The translations under genes and the position numbers were made by a program. Below, in pieces: positions 57,831 through 64,000 of a stretch of DNA of 64,000 bases. Below the pieces are notes generated by a model that worked only from the letters and a program-made list of their open reading frames with translations, made no database searches and was not told the origin of the DNA. Every line of letters begins with the position of its first letter. Within the stretch, counting starts at the first letter, position 1. Origin of the DNA: Chrysomallon squamiferum (taxonomy: Eukaryota; Animalia; Mollusca); assembly GCA_012295275.1 (NCBI GenBank), contig CM022678.1, positions 13,020,001 to 13,084,000 on the forward strand, written 5' to 3'.

Positions 57831-60542
57831 ACTGATTCAGCGATGTAGATAATTCTAAAACAGATGAAAGTGACAAATAAGATAAATTAATCACGGTAAC
57901 TACGGGTTAACATACACATTCAGGCAAACACACCCTCACACACCCAAAAACTACACCCATAGAGACACACGCACATAAAGAGATAAATTTGATATAACAG
58001 TGGAACACTTGTGTATTTTGATCTATTTTTAAACTCCGTAAATTGCCTCATTCTAACAATGTGATAACTGACATACTTGAGAAACGACATATAAGGTATG
58101 ATTAGGATGAAGAACATTAATCAGATCAAAGACATTTGTTATCATTATTTATTTATCATTCAGTTTTTGATGCAGTTAGTGTTGATGACGATCATCATCA
58201 TGATGATTATCAAAATCTCATTATCATTATTCAGGCATTCTAAAAATCATCGCTGAATGATTTTTTTTTCTTTAGAAGTAAATTGCATTCATCATCGTCG
58301 CTCGCTCTAGAAGAATAACGAGACATCCTTGAAAATACGAGAAAATATTTCGACGATTAGCACGACAAACAAATGTTTAACTAACGGATGTTAGGGGACG
58401 CTAATCTCTTCTGTGAATGAATTGCGTGATTTCCTCTGTTTTTTGCAGAGCATCGTTATCGCGTTCATGAGAAAACGACAGCAGCAGGAGATGAAAACAG
58501 AATTTGACTTGAAACTATCAACACCGGCTTTAATTAAATATAACGATAAAGACGGCGGAATAGAAGGCGAAAACAGGTTTCCTTGGTAACAAGTTTTCTA
58601 GGTCTTCTATCATACATCCATTCCAGCAAAAAGAAAATTTTATTTGTGTCTGTTTATATCAAATCACATCAACATCCTCTAACTCGTTTTCATCTTCATT
58701 TTACTATAACTTCTACCACTTTCAGTACATAGTATATCTACTGTTTATAACACCATCGCTGCTTTTAATAGTACTACTACTACTACAGTTACTATGACTA
58801 CTCCTACTACTACTATCACTATTACTATTGATGCTGCTGTTACACCACGACCACAACTACTATGACTATTACTTTTACTACTACTAATAATAAAACCAAA
58901 GGTAACGGCAAAAAAAAAAAAAAAAAGCCCTTCACAATAACAATAACAAGAACGATGATGATAATGATGAAAAAACTAAACATAGACAGACTATTTATTT
59001 TAGCCAAAGGACAAATTTAAAACAGCAGACGAATTTTTGGGACAGGCACACCTGCCCAAATATGGGAGTCGTGTCCTCTTTGACCTTACCTGAACCCTGG
59101 AGGCCGTTCCGTTCTAGCTGTGTGACTTCGTCCTCTGTGACGGACATGTGTGCAGCAACGACGTGTTGTGAACGGCGACAACGGCTTGTACGACGCTCCG
59201 AAGAAGGAGGAGAGTACACAACAGAAGAACGAGACAACATGCGCCATTACTGTCACTTGCGTGAAAAGGCGTTTTCTCTTTTGGTTGTTGTTTTTGACCG
59301 TTTTCATGTTAAACTGTAGTTTCAGAAACTTCTGAGTACAACAGTACTTAGCAAAATTGATTTATCATTAAGTTCTTGTTTTGTATCTAACAACAAAACA
59401 ATATACTGAGAACATACAACTACTTACATTACCAACTAAATAATTAATGAAAGAATCGCTACGTTATCATTTGTTGTCTTTACTGCTGTCTTGTTCAGGA
59501 AATCTTATGTAACGTTTTTATCAGTAATGTGATAGACTAAATAGATATTCTAAGTTCTGTTTAAACTAAGATCACTAAAGCATGTAAAAGAATTATTATA
59601 CTAAAGGAAAACTGATTTATGTAGTTTATATTCTGCCAAGGATGTACCAGACTCTACGAAAGATGTAGTTTAAATGACAATTTATGTCTGTACATGACAG
59701 TACCATAATTTAATATGAATATTTTAATTGTGTATCAGAATCTAACAGGATTTTGGTACCCGTTATTTTCCAAACTGTACCTATGGTTTGGTATAAAGGT
59801 ACTAATAATACACCAGACTGCATCTTGTTTGGTTTGAAAATATCAGTTATGTATCACAATTTGCCAATCATTTACTTTTCTGACTTACGAAATCTCATCC
59901 ACTCAGCTTGTAATCTTGTAAATTACATTCTCCAAATGAACGTTTTTTATTTATTTATTTTTTATACTGTAATTTATTATGATTATTATTATTTCGTTGT
60001 TATTTGTTTTATTAAATGATTATCTTGAAATTATAAATTTATCTGTTTTTAATCACATGTAAATATCTTCTTTTTTTCTTCGTTTTTAAAAATTTTTTTT
60101 TTTTAAAGTAAATTCACTGTAAATAATGTCTTTAGTTAACTCTGTATTAGCGTCACTACTTAATACCTGTACTCAATAGACATGCTTTTCACTGAACACG
60201 TCAAAACTTCTTTATAACATTGAACTGACTAAACCTTTTTATTTTCTCGTAAATCACGAGAATTCCGCCCTCAGTTTTGTCAAATCTTCTTTCACAGGGA
60301 AAGCCGATACCGAGGAAACAAATATTAAATGAAAAAAAAAATAAAAAAATAAAAACAGTTCTGGACAGTTAACACTATAAAGAACAGGTCATAAACTGAA
60401 TACGTAGCCATTTGACGTGTTTATATTTCGCTTGTCTTTTTTTATTATTATTACTTCAATATTACAGCTCTGTTACATATAGGGTTTTACGTCAGCGGAG
60501 CATTTTTATGAGAAACGACTAAACACAGACAGAGAGAGACAA

Positions 60543-60618
<76 letters not shown>

Positions 60619-60652
60619 ACACACAGACAGAGAGAGAGAGAGAGAGAGAGAA

Positions 60653-60691
<39 letters not shown>

Positions 60692-61659
60692 TGTATCTGA
60701 GGAACAGTAATGCTTTGTGTTAGAAAACTGTTAACTGTAAAAGAGTAACCTGTGTGGTAGTGGCCAGTTTCTTCTTTCCTCCAATCATCACTAAAAAAAA
60801 AAAAAATCCATAAAAATACTATTAACACCTATGCAAAACTTTGATATGGAATAACTGTTAATGTTAGACATTTTGATACGTGGTAATTTTTAACTTTTGT
60901 GTTTGATTACGTAATACACCATTGATACTGATGCATTACAACACTTTGTTAAAACGATATCGTGAACATTTTGTTTACCTCATTTTGTTTTTGTCGTCTA
61001 GACTCCTAATTTGATTTTTTTTTTTTTTTTTTTTTTGGATTCCTTAAATTCAATTACCTCGTTGTCCTAATTAAACCAGTCAGAGGATTTCAATAATTAA
61101 AATCGAGTTTCAGTATCTGCTATCAAGATGCATCGATTTTTTCACCTTGCGAAGAAAAAGCGGTAAGTGAAGGAGAACAAAGTGTTTTAATATTTAATAC
61201 TTAACTTACACGAGATGTCCATGCAGCTGAGTATGCATTATACATTAACTGACACCCGCTATATAAACTAGACTTTTGCTTTTAATTCCATAAAGTTCAG
61301 ATAATAATAAAATTCACTCTTTAGTATTGTGACTTGATAAATCAGGCGTTAGAAAAATAGATAATCAGCTATGTAGACAGACAGACAGACTGACAAAGAG
61401 ACATAAAGAGGAAGATATACACACACACACACACACATATATATACATACACATACACAGGTAAATAAATGGAAAGATAGATAAACGCATCAGAGAAACT
61501 TACAGATCAATAGGAAAGGACAAAAAATTAATGAAAGAGAGCCAAACAGATATAGATACAGATATTTAGCCATATAGATAGATAGATAGATAGATAGATA
61601 AAAGATACTTATATAATGAAACATTATCATTAAATAAAACAGCGCATTGCTACATAAAA

Positions 61660-61953
<294 letters not shown>

Positions 61954-62232
61954 GTTTCTATTTTGCTTACGTCTTTCTTGATGTCTCTGTGTCTGTTTAT
62001 CTAGGACACAACTGTCTGTCTGTTGATGATTGAGTTTTAATTGAGATATTTGTATCAACCAAAATAATTCATGTGTTCTGAATGAACTGCAGTGTGTTAT
62101 ACTTGAATTAGTATAAAATATTAAAACATTTAGTTATACGCAGCTTGCCACACTCAACAAAGAAGTCGAAAAAAATTAATCAATGTTTGTTCTTCGCGAT
62201 AAACGGAAATCCGGTGTGAATTATTTAACCTA

Positions 62233-62246
62233 CCGCTAGGGGGCGC
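62233..62246 (+). promoter_or_regulatory. CTCF-consensus site
   Basis: CCGCTAGGGGGCGC matches the CTCF core consensus and sits in very AT-rich surroundings. Confidence 0.6.
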
Positions 62247-62676
62247 TTTCGTTTTCGTAACAAAATGTTTACTGATCTCTGAACTGAAGTTCAGATAATG
62301 GATAATAATAAACGCGTTGTGTTTTAAGTTGTATAGTTATATATAATATTTATTCTATTTTACTTGTAAACAGCGCATGAAAACTACAGAACAGGGTCAA
62401 GAGCTACAGAATCAGGTTTTGAGTGAACACGAATTAAAACAACAATTATTTATAAGTTTGAATGAACGTCACCCCAGCACAAAATATATATTTACAATAA
62501 CAATGGCATTGTCATCATCATAATTATTAATTTCGTCTTTTCCTTCATCATCTATGATTATAATGGTCATTATGATAACTGTTATGATAATCACCTTTCT
62601 AGAATTAATATTATCAACCTTCTATATCTTAAGTTGTCTTTATTTTCTTCTCTTAAATTAATATTTCGTTATATTT

Positions 62677-62769
<93 letters not shown>

Positions 62770-63683
62770 GTGTGTGTGTGTTTCTCTTTATATCTATTTA
62801 TCGGTCATTGTTTTGCTTAATGTTACTTATTTATTTATATACTTACTTATTTACTTACTATTTATTTGTTGCCTTAGTATTCATATTATAAAATTAACTG
62901 TGAAGTGTTTTATAACTTTTACTTGTGAATCAGTTCACTATTTTCTTTTACATTTTTCCTTTTCTCATTTCACGTGAGTAAAACAAACCTAGTACATTTG
63001 AAATATTCGAAGTGAATGACAAGGGGGACATGACGTCAGAGCACCTTTATTTTGAGTCAACACGACCCAGACTGAACAGAGTACACGACAAAACACAAAC
63101 GACTTGAGACTTGCACTCTGTCATAATCTATAGTCCCAGAGTAAACATGGCCGGATATCACAGAATGGGGTAACGTAACCTAACGTGTATCTGGGATTCC
63201 GGTAAGCGTCTGTTGAGAAAAGTCTAGTGGACCAGTTCTCTCCCAGTGACGTCTGTCATTTATTAATTACAGTGAATACGTCGTGAAAATGAACTTTGAT
63301 TTGCAGATTTTAGAATGATTAATTGGAGTTTATCAGTTTATCGTAGACGATTTCGTCCTAGATGGAGTTTCGGTGTTGACAATTTACTTAACCTAGTTTA
63401 AACTGATTTATTTGACTTGAACACTGTAATTGACAGAACGCCAGTTTCGATAAAGAGAATGAATAAATGAATGAACGAAAGAATCAACTAATGATTGAAT
63501 AAGACATCTTCTGCCTCATTCTTTAATATCTTTTTATAAATGGTTCTTCCGTATCACAGTTTTCGTATACTGATCATACAAGGAAAGATTTCCACGTAAC
63601 GTTTATAGATTAGCAGTAAGAAAACTTCTATAATAGCCTTTCCACAAACAGGATAAAAGGTATTAAAGTGTTTGAAAAGCACT

Positions 63684-64000
63684 CGTGTTTGCCGTTGTTT
63701 GCTACGTAGACGTTTTATTGCTTACTTTGTTCGCTCTTTTACTTACTTCTCTAATGACGTGTTTGCCGTTGTTTGCTACGTAGACGTTTTATTGCTTACT
63801 TTGTTCGCTCTTTTACTTACTTCTCTAATGACGTGTTTGCCGTTGTTTGCTACGTAGACGTTTTATTGCTTACTTTGTTCGCTCTTTTTTACTTCTCTAA
63901 TGACGTGTTTGCCGTTTGTTTGCTACGTAGACGTTTTATTGCTTACTTTGTTCGCTCTTTTACTTACTTCTCTAATGACGTGTTTGCCGTTGTTTGCTAC
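63684..64000. repeat. 74-bp minisatellite, >4 copies, runs off the window end
   Basis: Unit cgtgtttgccgttgtttgctacgtagacgttttattgcttactttgttcgctcttttacttacttctctaatga, starting at 63684, 63758 and 63832. Confidence 0.96.

Noticed and set aside
58995-59335. Four overlapping 60-85-aa ORFs in a GC-richer block
   Set aside because: No homology recognised and no consistent splice signals; better explained as regulatory or TE-derived sequence.

Overview
AT-rich, microsatellite-dense animal genomic DNA, probably from an invertebrate; a degenerate SINE-like relic hints at a mollusc (inference). One protein-coding gene is supportable: an RBM24/RBM38 (SUP-12/SEB4 family) single-RRM RNA-binding protein on the + strand. 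It has four coding exons (24478-24675, 33742-33868, 42153-42207, 49888-50194; 687 nt, 228 aa). The 55-nt third exon is absent from the ORF track and was found from splice signals and phase. The gene has a GC-box/E-box promoter and a long U-rich putative 3'UTR. The rest is intronic or intergenic, with at least six minisatellite arrays (28, 29, 36, 41, 58 and 74 bp units), many microsatellites, a 99-bp-arm foldback element and candidate cis-regulatory modules (DR1 nuclear-receptor elements, CTCF, CArG/E-box, CRE). The other ORFs in the track look like repeat or antisense artefacts. I see no evidence of a novel multi-gene system; the best leads are regulatory and splicing-related.
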